Origin: a bacterium UBP8_UBA817
GTDB lineage: Bacteria; Margulisbacteria; Marinamargulisbacteria; CAMDBA01
Direction of reading: 5' to 3'
NCBI GenBank assembly: GCA_945888995.1
Contig: CAMDBA010000003.1
Coordinates: 279-64,278, forward strand
Length of the DNA: 64,000 bases
Each line of letters begins with the position of its first letter. Within the stretch, counting starts at the first letter, position 1. The position numbers and the translations under genes are program-made. This document shows positions 9,066-18,502 of the stretch, in pieces. The notes beneath the pieces were generated by a model. The model had not been told where the DNA came from. It worked only from the letters and a program-made list of their open reading frames with translations, and did not search any database.

Positions 9066-9797
9066 ATGATAAATCAGAAAAAAACCAGTCTCCCCAATGA
9101 CACGATCGATATCCAGATAATTGACTACCGACGTTACATTGGAAATGGAGAAAAGCTTCTAAGCCTCTTGAGCTCTGAAGAAAAAGAAAAAGCCGCCGGG
9201 TATCATTTTATAAAAGACCAGCAACGCTACATTGTGGCTCGGAGTCTATTACGCATTATTTTAGCCCCCTACCTTTTGGTTCCGCCTAAAGACATACAAT
9301 TCAAAACCCAGCCCTTCGGAAAACCGGAATTAGATACGGCCTATCATCCTTCAACATTATTTTTCAATCTATCTCATTCTGAAAATTTAGTGGCCTATGC
9401 ACTCTCCGAACATCCCGTCGGTATCGACATTGAATACGAAAAAGACGTGATCGACATGACCGGCATTGCAAAACGATTTTTCCATCCCGCTGAAAATCAC
9501 TATTTTGGGCCATTACCTGAAGAGCAAAAAAAGACCTCCTTCTTTCAACTATGGACGGCCAAAGAATCCTATCAAAAAGCCCTTGGACTCGGAATGTCAT
9601 TGCCTCCTCATGCCTTTCATATGAGCCTGGACAAAAAAGGTGGCGCCAATTTAATTTTCTCTATGCATCCGTCTATAGATAGCTGGCAATTCTTGAGCTT
9701 GGACATAGAGCCCGGCTACTATGGCATGATATGCGGCGGCAGCGGCCTCCAGCTCTCGTACAAAACCGCTGAACAATTAGCACCCTTTCTTTCCTAA
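9066..9797 (+). CDS. 4'-phosphopantetheinyl transferase, Sfp type
   Basis: PFGKPEL, FNLSHSENL, GIDIEYEK and WTAKESYQKALGLG motifs. Confidence 0.8.
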   Translation: MINQKKTSLPNDTIDIQIIDYRRYIGNGEKLLSLLSSEEKEKAAGYHFIKDQQRYIVARSLLRIILAPYLLVPPKDIQFKTQPFGKPELDTAYHPSTLFFNLSHSENLVAYALSEHPVGIDIEYEKDVIDMTGIAKRFFHPAENHYFGPLPEEQKKTSFFQLWTAKESYQKALGLGMSLPPHAFHMSLDKKGGANLIFSMHPSIDSWQFLSLDIEPGYYGMICGGSGLQLSYKTAEQLAPFLS

Positions 9798-9928
9798 AAA
9801 TCCGCTTCAATTCCTGCCTATTATTGCGCAAATCCATGATGTCGGATATACTGCAGTCCGCTTTAAAAAAAGCCTTATTTCAGCGACATTTATTATCGTA
9901 AAATCTAAAACTTCCGGAGAAAAAAACA

Positions 9929-10474
9929 ATGGATTTTGTACCTAAAGAGCTATTCTTCACAAAAGGCGTCGGTGTTCACCGCGAAAAATTAGTATCCTTC
10001 GAAATGGCATTACGGGATGCAGGCGTTGCCGAGTTTAACCTCGTTCGCGTTTCAAGCATTTATCCCCCAAATTGCAAGACCATTTCAAAAGAAGAAGGTC
10101 TGAAAAAACTAAAAACAGGTCAAGTTGTATTCTGTGTTCTTTCTCAAAGTGAAGTAAAAGAATACGGTCGGTTAGCAGCAGCATCCGTCGGCGTCGCACT
10201 TCCTCAGGATCACGCGAAACACGGATACCTTTCAGAGCATCACTCTTTAGGGGAAACCGAACAAGAAGCCAACGATTACTGCCAAGACTTAGCCGCTGAA
10301 ATGCTCGCAACAACATTGGGTATTCCGGTTGATTCAAATCTTGAATGGGACGAAAGAAAAAATCTTTGGAAAATGCAGGAGCAAATGGTCAAGACGACCG
10401 CCATTACTCAGGCAGCCATCGGCCAAAGAGACGTATGGACCACTGTTATTGCAGGAGCTGTTTTAATTCTGTAA
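9929..10474 (+). CDS. pdaD: Pyruvoyl-dependent arginine decarboxylase
   Basis: The length (~180 aa), the N-terminus (P.ELFFTKG.G) and the self-cleavage context NLVRVSSIYPP (Ser-Ser) are typical of PvlArgDC. Confidence 0.85.
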   Translation: MDFVPKELFFTKGVGVHREKLVSFEMALRDAGVAEFNLVRVSSIYPPNCKTISKEEGLKKLKTGQVVFCVLSQSEVKEYGRLAAASVGVALPQDHAKHGYLSEHHSLGETEQEANDYCQDLAAEMLATTLGIPVDSNLEWDERKNLWKMQEQMVKTTAITQAAIGQRDVWTTVIAGAVLIL

Positions 10475-10500
10475 TTCGGTTTACTAATTCCATTATTTTC

Positions 10501-10538
10501 AGCCCCGTTTTGAATATATCAAAACGGGGCTTTTTTTG
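10501..10538 (+). terminator. Rho-independent terminator downstream of pdaD
   Basis: Perfect 11-bp stem agccccgtttt / aaaacggggct (10501-10511 / 10521-10531) with a 9-nt loop, followed by a T-run at 10532-10537. Confidence 0.75.
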
Positions 10539-10546
10539 CCCGAAAC

Positions 10547-11164
10547 CTATTTATATAAATAGACTGTACAGTCGTTCGGCAAATAAGAGGTTTTGATATC
10601 TACTTTAGAAGAGAAAGTCAGACAAAGCCGCATCAATTCCGCAGGATCGCAATAATAGAAAAACGACTCATCTTTTTGATCGGCAGGAGTCAAAGAAGAA
10701 AGCACATTAAGCGCCACCCCTTTTTTGGATAAGCGCATCATTTTTTGAATCATTGTACTCAGATACAACGACTGATCCGACACTTTATAATTAAAGGCTC
10801 CTGAGGCCAACACATAATCAAACGTCACGTCTTCCGGATACTCCAGCAAATCCGCCTGTTCAAAATGACCGGACGGATAATGCGCTTTTGCGCTTTCGAT
10901 CATAGCTGAAGAAAAATCAATACCGGTATAACGAGCTTCGATCCGATGTTGGACAAAAAACTCTAACAACTGCCCGACACCACAACCGACATCCAAAACA
11001 GAATGCTGATCTAAATCCCCGATTAACGCTAAATTAATAAAGCGAATTTCCTGTGTCTGCGCCGTGTACCATCCGACAGCATGATGAGAATGCCCGAAAG
11101 TACGGCAAGATTCATCAAAATAGCGCTCAATAGCCTGCCGTCGAAATGGATCGTCAGCTATCAA
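10547..11164 (-). CDS. Class I SAM-dependent methyltransferase
   Basis: Motif I VLDVGCGVGQL, then YTGIDFS. It overlaps the end of asd by 4 nt (dapB-asd-methyltransferase operon). Confidence 0.7.
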   Translation of the reverse strand: MIADDPFRRQAIERYFDESCRTFGHSHHAVGWYTAQTQEIRFINLALIGDLDQHSVLDVGCGVGQLLEFFVQHRIEARYTGIDFSSAMIESAKAHYPSGHFEQADLLEYPEDVTFDYVLASGAFNYKVSDQSLYLSTMIQKMMRLSKKGVALNVLSSLTPADQKDESFFYYCDPAELMRLCLTFSSKVDIKTSYLPNDCTVYLYK

Positions 11165-12165
11165 GATTGAATCAAATATTCCGCAATTTGGACCGCATTT
11201 AATGCCGCCCCCTTGCGCAAATTATCACAAACACACCACAGCTCAATGCCATTTTCGATTGAAACATCTTCCCGGATACGTCCGACAAAAACAGCATCTT
11301 GTCCTGCAGCTGAACGCGGAGTCGGATATTCAAAATTCTCCGGCGCATCCATCACCTCAACACCAGGTGCGTTTTCCAAAAGCTCACGAACCTTTTGAGC
11401 CGTAATTTTTTGTTTGGTTTGAATATTAATTGATTCACTATGCCCCACAAAAACCGGCACTCTTACAGCAGTCGCAGTTACCCGGATTGCCGGATCATTC
11501 AAGATTTTCTGGGTTTCCTGAATCATCTTCATCTCTTCTTTGGTATAACCACTTTCCAGGAATGAATCAATCTGAGGGATAACATTAAATGCAATCGGAT
11601 GCGTAAAAACAGAGGGTGGATAATTCCCGCCTGACAAATTAACCCGGGACTGATTCTCAAGCTCTTCCAATGCGGATTTACCCGCACCTGAAACAGATTG
11701 ATAAGTCGACACCACAACACGTTCAATGCCTACCGCATCATAAATCGGCTTTAAAGCCACCACCATTTGAGCGGTTGAGCAATTCGGGTTGGCAATGATT
11801 CCTTTATGATCTTTTAAGGCGCCAGGATTGACCTCAGGCACAACAAGCGGCACAGTCGGATCCATTCTAAAATGAGAAGTATTATCAATAACAATACACC
11901 CTGATTTAACCGCAAAAGGCGCATATTTTTCAGAAATCGATCCCCCGGCTGAAAAAAGAGCAAAATCAACGCCTTCAAATGAGGACTCTGTCAGCTCTTC
12001 AACACGAATAGATTTTTCATTGAAAGAGATCGTCGATCCGGCAGAGCGTTCGGACGCTAAAGGAATCAAGCGTTTAATAGGAAACTCACGGGACTCCAAC
12101 GTATCGATCATTTCCTTCCCCACAACACCGGTGGCGCCCACTACGGCAACAACATACTCTTTCAT
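11161..12165 (-). CDS. asd: Aspartate-semialdehyde dehydrogenase
   Basis: VVGATGVVG dinucleotide fold and the active-site context IIANPNCSTAQMVVALKP. The length is typical of the short (Gram-positive/archaeal-type) Asd. Confidence 0.95.
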   Translation of the reverse strand: MKEYVVAVVGATGVVGKEMIDTLESREFPIKRLIPLASERSAGSTISFNEKSIRVEELTESSFEGVDFALFSAGGSISEKYAPFAVKSGCIVIDNTSHFRMDPTVPLVVPEVNPGALKDHKGIIANPNCSTAQMVVALKPIYDAVGIERVVVSTYQSVSGAGKSALEELENQSRVNLSGGNYPPSVFTHPIAFNVIPQIDSFLESGYTKEEMKMIQETQKILNDPAIRVTATAVRVPVFVGHSESINIQTKQKITAQKVRELLENAPGVEVMDAPENFEYPTPRSAAGQDAVFVGRIREDVSIENGIELWCVCDNLRKGAALNAVQIAEYLIQS

Positions 12166-12193
12166 ATCGTATACTCCTCTTATTTAAGCGTCA

Positions 12194-12931
12194 TTACAAA
12201 ATATTTTCTAATCCGTATACTAGGCCGTGAAGCGAAGAAACCTTCCGAACCCCTAAAATAACACCCGGCATAAAGGACTCACGTGAAATCGAGTCATGCC
12301 GAAGTGACAATGTTTGCCCTAATCCTCCGAATAGGACTTCCTGATGCGCCACATATCCTTGCAAACGAACAGAATGAATCGGAATATTATATTTTTTACC
12401 GCCTCGCGCGCCTTTCACAATTTCGGTTTCAAGATGAGACTGAAAAGTCGAGTTAATATAAGGATTCGCACGATAAATCATATCCGCGGTTTTAAGAGCC
12501 GTGCCGGATGGCGCATCTCCTTTTTTATCATGATGCATTTCAATAATTTCAACACTCGGCATATATTTAGAAATTTCCGCAGCATATTTCATCATCAAAA
12601 CACCGCCGATCGCAAAATTCGGACAAACCAAAACCCCGACATTATGGCCCTTTGCCAATTCATCTAGCTCGGCCAGATCCGATTCGGAGAGACCGGTAGT
12701 CCCAACAACGGCATGGCATTTTGAGTTAAGAATGCGAATCGCATTGCTCTTCACCACCGTATGATGCGTAAAATCAACAACGACATCAGGATGAGAAAAC
12801 CAGATCGCATCCTCAATTTTATCGTCCCGGTCGGATTGTCCGACCAGCGTCATATCCGTTTCCTGTTCAATTGCACGAACGACTTCTTGTCCCATTTTCC
12901 CATGTGCTCCGTTTACTAGAACTTTCAGCAT
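12194..12931 (-). CDS. dapB: 4-hydroxy-tetrahydrodipicolinate reductase
   Basis: MLKVLVNGAHGKMG N-terminus and the signature EIIEMHHDKKGDAPSGTA. The start is set to ATG 12931 (GGGAGAGGG upstream). The 96 extra N-terminal codons in the ORF track overlap tmk and are unlikely to be coding. Confidence 0.9.
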   Translation of the reverse strand: MLKVLVNGAHGKMGQEVVRAIEQETDMTLVGQSDRDDKIEDAIWFSHPDVVVDFTHHTVVKSNAIRILNSKCHAVVGTTGLSESDLAELDELAKGHNVGVLVCPNFAIGGVLMMKYAAEISKYMPSVEIIEMHHDKKGDAPSGTALKTADMIYRANPYINSTFQSHLETEIVKGARGGKKYNIPIHSVRLQGYVAHQEVLFGGLGQTLSLRHDSISRESFMPGVILGVRKVSSLHGLVYGLENIL

Positions 12932-13058
12932 ACTTTTCCCTCTCCCTGGACGACTCGTTAAAAATGGATCAATCCTGCCGGGCCATTGCCGACAATTGAT
13001 CATCAATACTGACTTGCTAGTATATAAAGATTCACCGAGATCTTCAATTACATCCTCA

Positions 13059-13694
13059 TTAGGTAAGTCGGGAAAGCACTCCCTCAATAACCCGCACAAA
13101 TACCTCATCAATAGATGCCGATGCCACAGAAACAACAATAAACCGATCAGGCTCAGCCGCAGCCCGCGACAGATACATCGCGCGAACCCGTTGATGAAAT
13201 AACAGCGTTTCTTCTTCAAACCGGTCTAATACCGCCCGACTTTTTGCGCGTCTCAACCCCTCTTCCGGATCCAGATCCAAAAGCACCGTTATATCCGGCC
13301 TCAGGTCGATGAGATGACACAAGCTATCGACCAGAATACCGGAAAGTTGCCTGCCGCCTTGCTGATAAGCATACGTCGAATCCACATACCGGTCACAGAT
13401 AACGGTCTTTCCTAACGCAAGAGACGGTTTCACAACCGAATGAACATGCTCCAATCGGTCAGCCGTAAACAAGCAAATTTCTGTTAAATCCGACGAAAAA
13501 ACAGTCTGAGGATCTAAAAGCAATTCACGGATTTTAAGCCCGACTTCTGTTCCGCCTGGCTCTTTAGTCGTAATAAGGTGATGCCCCATCGTCTCTAAAT
13601 ACGCAGCAAGACGAGCAATCTGAGTCGTCTTACCCGATCCTTCAATGCCTTCAAATGTAATAAAATAACCCGGTGAAATACTCATATCGGACAA
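13059..13694 (-). CDS. tmk: Thymidylate kinase
   Basis: P-loop FEGIEGSGKTTQ, plus DRY and a lid region. Confidence 0.9.
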   Translation of the reverse strand: MSDMSISPGYFITFEGIEGSGKTTQIARLAAYLETMGHHLITTKEPGGTEVGLKIRELLLDPQTVFSSDLTEICLFTADRLEHVHSVVKPSLALGKTVICDRYVDSTYAYQQGGRQLSGILVDSLCHLIDLRPDITVLLDLDPEEGLRRAKSRAVLDRFEEETLLFHQRVRAMYLSRAAAEPDRFIVVSVASASIDEVFVRVIEGVLSRLT

Positions 13695-14065
13695 ATCCGA
13701 ACCCTACGGTTAGGATCCTCTCGGACACTCATTGAATTGAGCCCGGCTTCACTCGCCACCTGATGCTGAATCCGGCGCAAAAATGCATTCCAGGGTTCAA
13801 GATCGATAATACGCTTTTCTTCCAATACCTTGCGGCATGCTTTCTGTGCTTCCAATAAGATCTCCTCTTCAATCTCTTCGGGCGTTTCCGCCATCTTAAA
13901 AATATACCGGAAAAATTTCACCCTATGGGCAATGGAATTGCGCTTAATCACATGAAGCGGCAGATTTTGGCCTTTCATAATGTGCGAGATCTTGGATTGC
14001 GAGTCTGCATAAGATCTTGTCGTAAGTACGATGTCCACATCCGACATACTATGGGCAATCGACAC
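13682..14065 (-). CDS. R3H-domain protein corresponding only to the C-terminal module of ycf45/SpoIIIAA-like proteins
   Basis: C-terminal R3H motif LEPWNAFLRRIQHQVASEAGLNSMSVREDPNRRVRICP, preceded by DVDIVLTTRS...LPLHVIKRNSI, which resembles the linker of ycf45-like proteins. There is no P-loop. The ORF starts at GTG, and the likely Met is at MSDVD. Confidence 0.6.
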   Translation of the reverse strand: MSIAHSMSDVDIVLTTRSYADSQSKISHIMKGQNLPLHVIKRNSIAHRVKFFRYIFKMAETPEEIEEEILLEAQKACRKVLEEKRIIDLEPWNAFLRRIQHQVASEAGLNSMSVREDPNRRVRICPI

Positions 14066-14171
14066 CGGAATTCGAAGGGAATGAATCCACGAGATAATCG
14101 CGGATTCGTGACGGCAATAGGTCTAATAAAAGGTCGATATCATCCGTTAAATTAATAAAATCAGATTCCAT
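14049..14171 (-). pseudogene. 40-codon N-terminal remnant of a ycf45/SpoIIIAA-like gene, out of frame with the R3H ORF
   Basis: My translation from ATG 14171 gives MESDFINLTDDIDLLLDLLPSRIRDYLVDSFPSNSGVDCP, then stop at 14049-14051. The (T)DD...LL..LP..IR..L pattern matches my recollection of the N-terminus of that family. Confidence 0.45.
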
Positions 14172-14197
14172 CGCAGTCTTTTACCTAGTGGATCGGG

Positions 14198-14482
14198 TTA
14201 TTTTATTTTTTTCTTCACACGGTCTTTTAAAGATTTCCCTGCTAAAAACGAAGGTGTTCTGGTTGCTGAAATTTTAATCTTTTCACCGGTTTGCGGATTG
14301 CGGCCTTCTCTTGCGATACGCCGTCTGACTTCAAATGCACCAAATCCAACAATTCGAACTGAGTTACCTTTCTCAAGCTCTTCCATAATAGAATCAAATG
14401 CGGTTTCAATAACTTCTTTCACATCTGTTTTCCGCTTATCCAGCTTTTCTGAAACAAGGTCAATTAGGGTCTTTTTATTCAT
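14198..14482 (-). CDS. hup: HU family DNA-binding protein
   Basis: 94 aa, MNKKTLIDLV..., GFGAFEVRRRIAREGRNPQTGEKI arm motif. Confidence 0.9.
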   Translation of the reverse strand: MNKKTLIDLVSEKLDKRKTDVKEVIETAFDSIMEELEKGNSVRIVGFGAFEVRRRIAREGRNPQTGEKIKISATRTPSFLAGKSLKDRVKKKIK

Positions 14483-14682
14483 AACTATCTACGCTCCTCA
14501 AATAGATCTTTCAAGCTGAAAGGTATCATACTCACCATAATTTTTCTAATCGAAAAAAGGCCCATGAAAATAAACAATCTATGCGGTTATTCTCATGTAG
14601 AGAGAGACCAATCTTAAAGGCTTGATAGTTAGTATTCGTAGGAAAATCGTTCTTAATTTCAAAAAAGACTAGCCGACATGTA

Positions 14683-15282
14683 TCAGGAAACGGAAGTTCG
14701 TCCTTGAAAAGCCTTTTGAAGAGTCATTTCATCGGCATAATCGATGTCTGATCCGACCGGAAGACCATATGCCAACTTTGAAACGGTAATTGGATATTGC
14801 TTTAACAGTTTAGTCAAATACAACACCGTCGTATCACCCTCAATCGTCGGATTAATCGCCAAAATCACCTCGGATACCGATTCTGACTGCAAGCGAGCTT
14901 GAAGCTCGGCAATACGAAGCAGCTCAGGATGAATCCCATCTATCGGCGAAATCAGTCCGCCTAATACATGGTACACACCTCTAAACTCACGCATTCTCTC
15001 AACTGCGAAAATATCTTTAGACTCAGACACGACGCACAATGAATGCCGATCACGAGCAGGATTTGCACAGACAAAACACAAGTCACTGATCGCGATATTA
15101 AAGCATCGAGAACAATAACGAATAGAGGACCTGGTTTTAACCAGAACTTCCGCAAATTCGCGCACTTCCCCCATCGACAATGACAAAAAGAAAAAAGCCA
15201 GACGTTGGGCCGATTTCGGCCCAACACCGGGCAGCTTTGTCAGCTGCTCGGTTAACGACTGAAGCGGGTTTTCAACCCCCAT
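14683..15282 (-). CDS. recR: Recombination protein RecR
   Basis: LPGVGPKSAQRLAF helix-hairpin-helix, C4 zinc finger CSRCFN...CFVC, and a Toprim region. Confidence 0.95.
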   Translation of the reverse strand: MGVENPLQSLTEQLTKLPGVGPKSAQRLAFFFLSLSMGEVREFAEVLVKTRSSIRYCSRCFNIAISDLCFVCANPARDRHSLCVVSESKDIFAVERMREFRGVYHVLGGLISPIDGIHPELLRIAELQARLQSESVSEVILAINPTIEGDTTVLYLTKLLKQYPITVSKLAYGLPVGSDIDYADEMTLQKAFQGRTSVS

Positions 15283-15608
15283 TAGCCCGTAAGGCCGGGG
15301 ATATTCATACCGCCCGTAATAGAAGACAGCTTTTGAGTTGCAAGGTCTTTTGCTTGCTTGATAGCTTCGGAAACCGCTTCTTGAACATTTTTTTCAAGAT
15401 TTTTGGTATTTTCCGGAGCATAAGCTGACGGATCAATTTTAATAGATAAAATTTCCATCTCACCGTTTACAATCACTTCAATTTTATTATTGAAGGCATA
15501 ACCGGTAACCTTAGTATTTTTCAATTCTTTCTGAACGTCCTTCATTTTGGACTTCATTTCTTGAGCTTGTTTTAGAAGCTTACCCATATCTTTTAAACTA
15601 TCAAACAT
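15282..15608 (-). CDS. ybaB: YbaB/EbfC nucleoid-associated protein
   Basis: ~108 aa, MGKLLKQAQEMKSKM N-terminus, in the conserved dnaX-ybaB-recR order. Confidence 0.9.
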   Translation of the reverse strand: MFDSLKDMGKLLKQAQEMKSKMKDVQKELKNTKVTGYAFNNKIEVIVNGEMEILSIKIDPSAYAPENTKNLEKNVQEAVSEAIKQAKDLATQKLSSITGGMNIPGLTG

Positions 15609-15755
15609 ACTTCCACCTCTTAGTTATAAATATTCCTCTGATCATAACATACGGCATGTAATAAACCAATTATTCTACGTTAGCAGCCCCAATAAACACT
15701 GGTTGATATTACCCGGCATTACGAGGAATTCGACCGATAAGCGTCAGAAAAACAA

Positions 15756-17489
15756 CTAAAGAAGCGTTCCTTCGAACATCTCGACAATCTGATTAATTGA
15801 ATTAGTCGAATAAGACTTAGGCTGTGACAAGACCGCTGATTCGGAAGAATCAGGACCGATTGTTGCCGAAGAACCAGAAACCGAAGACGATAAGTCCGAG
15901 ACGGCTACCTGCGGAGATTTAGTTGCAGATTCAACAATTGCATGGGTAATCGGCCCACCGTACACAGACGACAAAATCTGACCCAGAATCTTCTGATTGG
16001 AGGCTTCCTGTAGTTTTTCTTTAAAGAACTGAAAACCCTGCTTCAACATAATCTCAATATGATTCCCGGTGCGCGAAACAGGAACCGCATCGTTTAATAT
16101 CGCATACAGCGAATATTTCTGAGCTTTCACTTCCACCAATACCTTTTTCCATCCTTCGGACAAAGACACCTCCGCAACCGACGCCGGAATATCTATTTTG
16201 GCCTCAACGGCAGCAAGAGTTTGCGGCACAGAAACCGGCTTAACAGGAGCATCCGCCACCGGTTTCGGGCGATTCACCGGAGGCGGCGAAACAGTCCGTT
16301 CAGCAAAAGACGGTCGAGGGGAAGGCGCCGCATTCGGAACAACCGAAGAAGGGTTCACCGTTTCAGAAACAGCCGAACGAACCGGCTGCATCACAGATAA
16401 AGACGTTGATACCGGTTTTGATAAAGTAAGAAACTTTACTTGCACAAACAATTCCGGATCCGGAAAATACTTAAGCTCCATTTCAAGCTTAGAAAAGATT
16501 TCCAACAAATCCGTGCATCGCTCAAGCGAAAGACCATTTGCCAACACCTGATAACGGGCAAGACCGGCACTGTCGATCTCGACTTGATCCGTTAAAGCCA
16601 TTTTAACTAATACCAAATCTTTCAAAAATCCGATGATTTCAACGACTAATTGGGAAACATTCATCCCATCATCAGCGCATTTTTGGAGATCCTTCACCAT
16701 TTTAACCGTATCTTCGGCAAAAAATGCTTCCATCAATTCAAACAACACTTCTTGGTTGGTTCCACCAAGCACCAAAATTACATCATCGAGCTCAATCTGC
16801 CGCCCTTTGAACGAATACACTTGCTCCAAAAGCGACAGCGCATCGCGCAAACATCCGGAAGAATTACGGGCAATCAAAAGCAAACTCTGATCAGAAACTT
16901 CAATCCCCTCCCGATCGGATACAAGCCGAAGCTGCCCCAGCATCGCAGTAGATGAAATTCGTCTGAAATGCAGCGATTGGCATCGGGAATGAATCGTAAC
17001 CGGAATTTTTTGCGGCTCGGTTGTCGCTAAAATAAAAATAGTAAACGCAGGGGGCTCTTCCAATGTTTTGAGCAAGGCGTTAAACGCACCCGTACTCAGC
17101 ATATGGGCTTCATCAATAATATAAATTTTATACGTGCATTCGACAGGCGTAAAATGAACCTGCTCATTAAGAACCCGGATATTATCAACACCCGTATTCG
17201 ACGCCGCATCAATCTCGATAATATCAACAGCATTACCCGCCGCAATTCTTCGGCACAAATCGCACTCAAGACAACATCCGTCCGCTTCCGCATTCCGGCA
17301 GTTCAGCGCCTTTGCCAAAATTCTGGCAGTAGACGTTTTCCCTGTTCCACGCGGACCAGAAAAAATATAAGCCTGAGAGAGACGATCGTGGCGAATCGCA
17401 TTTTTCAGGGTCTGAATAATGTGATCCTGGCCCACAATCTCGTCAAAAGTCCGAGACCGGTATTTGCGATAAAAGGTTACATGCGCCAT
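15756..17489 (-). CDS. dnaX: DNA polymerase III subunit gamma/tau
   Basis: YRKYRSRTFDEIVGQ, Walker A GPRGTGKTS, zinc module CLECDLCRRI, KTLEEPP, SRCQ. I prefer ATG 17489 over the TTG at 17495. Confidence 0.9.
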   Translation of the reverse strand: MAHVTFYRKYRSRTFDEIVGQDHIIQTLKNAIRHDRLSQAYIFSGPRGTGKTSTARILAKALNCRNAEADGCCLECDLCRRIAAGNAVDIIEIDAASNTGVDNIRVLNEQVHFTPVECTYKIYIIDEAHMLSTGAFNALLKTLEEPPAFTIFILATTEPQKIPVTIHSRCQSLHFRRISSTAMLGQLRLVSDREGIEVSDQSLLLIARNSSGCLRDALSLLEQVYSFKGRQIELDDVILVLGGTNQEVLFELMEAFFAEDTVKMVKDLQKCADDGMNVSQLVVEIIGFLKDLVLVKMALTDQVEIDSAGLARYQVLANGLSLERCTDLLEIFSKLEMELKYFPDPELFVQVKFLTLSKPVSTSLSVMQPVRSAVSETVNPSSVVPNAAPSPRPSFAERTVSPPPVNRPKPVADAPVKPVSVPQTLAAVEAKIDIPASVAEVSLSEGWKKVLVEVKAQKYSLYAILNDAVPVSRTGNHIEIMLKQGFQFFKEKLQEASNQKILGQILSSVYGGPITHAIVESATKSPQVAVSDLSSSVSGSSATIGPDSSESAVLSQPKSYSTNSINQIVEMFEGTLL

Positions 17490-17609
17490 AGGCAAAAGTG
17501 TAGCTTATAATCTCGTTTTTCACCACCCGGAACCCATGCCCAAATCTACGATTAGACCCTTAAAAGGGATCAGGTTAAAATACGTTTATTATCAGCCAAA
17601 GGATTAACC

Positions 17610-18470
17610 ATGAAAATCGCACTTATCGGCAAAGGCGGCATGTTAGGAAGTGATTTTTCCTCCGTTCTCAAGACAACATCACATACCGTTTATGCACTGG
17701 ATTCGGCCGATATTAATATTACAAATCCGCAATCGATTCAGTCGGCACTAAAAACACTTTCGCCAGAAGTCATCATTAACTGCGCCGCCTTTACCAAAGT
17801 AGACGCGTGTGAAACCGAACGGGAAAAAGCGTATGCCGTCAACGGCACCGGCGCCGGATATCTTGCGGCATTTTGCCGGGAGCATCACACAAAATTAGTT
17901 CATTTTTCGACCGACTACATATTCGACGGAAAAAAATCCGCCCCTTATCTCGAAACAGATGCCCCAAACCCGATTAATCACTATGGCGCCAGCAAATTAG
18001 CCGGAGAACTCGCCATCCTGGAGACATTGGATACCCATTATATTTTTAGAATTCAATGGCTCTATGGTCATTTCGGACCGCATTTCATCAGAACAATGGT
18101 CGCACTATCTAAAACCCGAACCGAATTTCAGGTCGTAGAAGACCAAATCGGCTCTCCTACCTGGACGATGGAAGTCGTTAAAAGCGTTATAAGCGCCTTA
18201 GAAGCCGACGCACCGTACGGCATCTACCATTTGGCAAATACCGGATATACCTCATGGCATAATCTTGCCCTTTTTGTATTTGAACAATTGGGAATTCAGG
18301 CAACAGTTGCTCCCCAAACAACCGACCAACTCAGCCGCCCGGCAAAGCGCCCACTCAACTCCCGACTCAATATCCAAAAGTATCTCGATCTCGGACTGTA
18401 TCAGCCCGCTACCTGGCAAGAAGCCGCCTCCACCTATCTGGCTGACGACGGCGCCTCTATGATAGGCTAA
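17610..18470 (+). CDS. rfbD: dTDP-4-dehydrorhamnose reductase
   Basis: GKGGMLG, STDYIFDG, and YGASK (YxxxK). Confidence 0.85.
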   Translation: MKIALIGKGGMLGSDFSSVLKTTSHTVYALDSADINITNPQSIQSALKTLSPEVIINCAAFTKVDACETEREKAYAVNGTGAGYLAAFCREHHTKLVHFSTDYIFDGKKSAPYLETDAPNPINHYGASKLAGELAILETLDTHYIFRIQWLYGHFGPHFIRTMVALSKTRTEFQVVEDQIGSPTWTMEVVKSVISALEADAPYGIYHLANTGYTSWHNLALFVFEQLGIQATVAPQTTDQLSRPAKRPLNSRLNIQKYLDLGLYQPATWQEAASTYLADDGASMIG

Positions 18471-18502
18471 GACTCTAAATTCAACTTAAGGGAACGGCAC
18501 CA

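Noticed and set aside
12932-13219. A 96-codon N-terminal extension of the dapB ORF (ORF track 12194..13219)
   Set aside because: The extension overlaps the 3' end of tmk in another frame. It has a Cys/Arg/Leu-rich nonsense-like composition. The canonical DapB N-terminus (MLKVLVNGAHGKMG) begins at ATG 12931 with its own RBS.
14552-14570. A possible third copy of the structured repeat (cgaaaaaaggcccatgaaaa resembles the 5' end ctaaaaatggcccgatgcaa)
   Set aside because: The similarity is limited to about 18 nt. There is no matching 3' arm (GGCC.TTTTT) and no internal helices downstream.
16198-16551. Long antisense ORFs inside well-supported genes, for example 16198..16551 in dnaX, 38140..38617 in mutS, 53672..54074 in the lptD-like gene and 33750..34232 in pheS
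   Set aside because: Each lies opposite to, or out of frame with, a gene that has strong family motifs. They have low-complexity or Arg/Ser/Pro-rich composition, no RBS and no recognisable similarity. These are typical shadow ORFs.
15756-17489. A programmed -1 frameshift site in dnaX (A AAA AAG type)
   Set aside because: By eye I found no heptanucleotide slippery run with a downstream hairpin in the coding strand. This cannot be excluded without a systematic scan.
17490-17609. SRP RNA (ffs), which in many genomes lies upstream of dnaX
   Set aside because: The 120-nt spacer shows none of the conserved domain IV motifs (GGAA/AGCA symmetric-loop context) and no extended helix.
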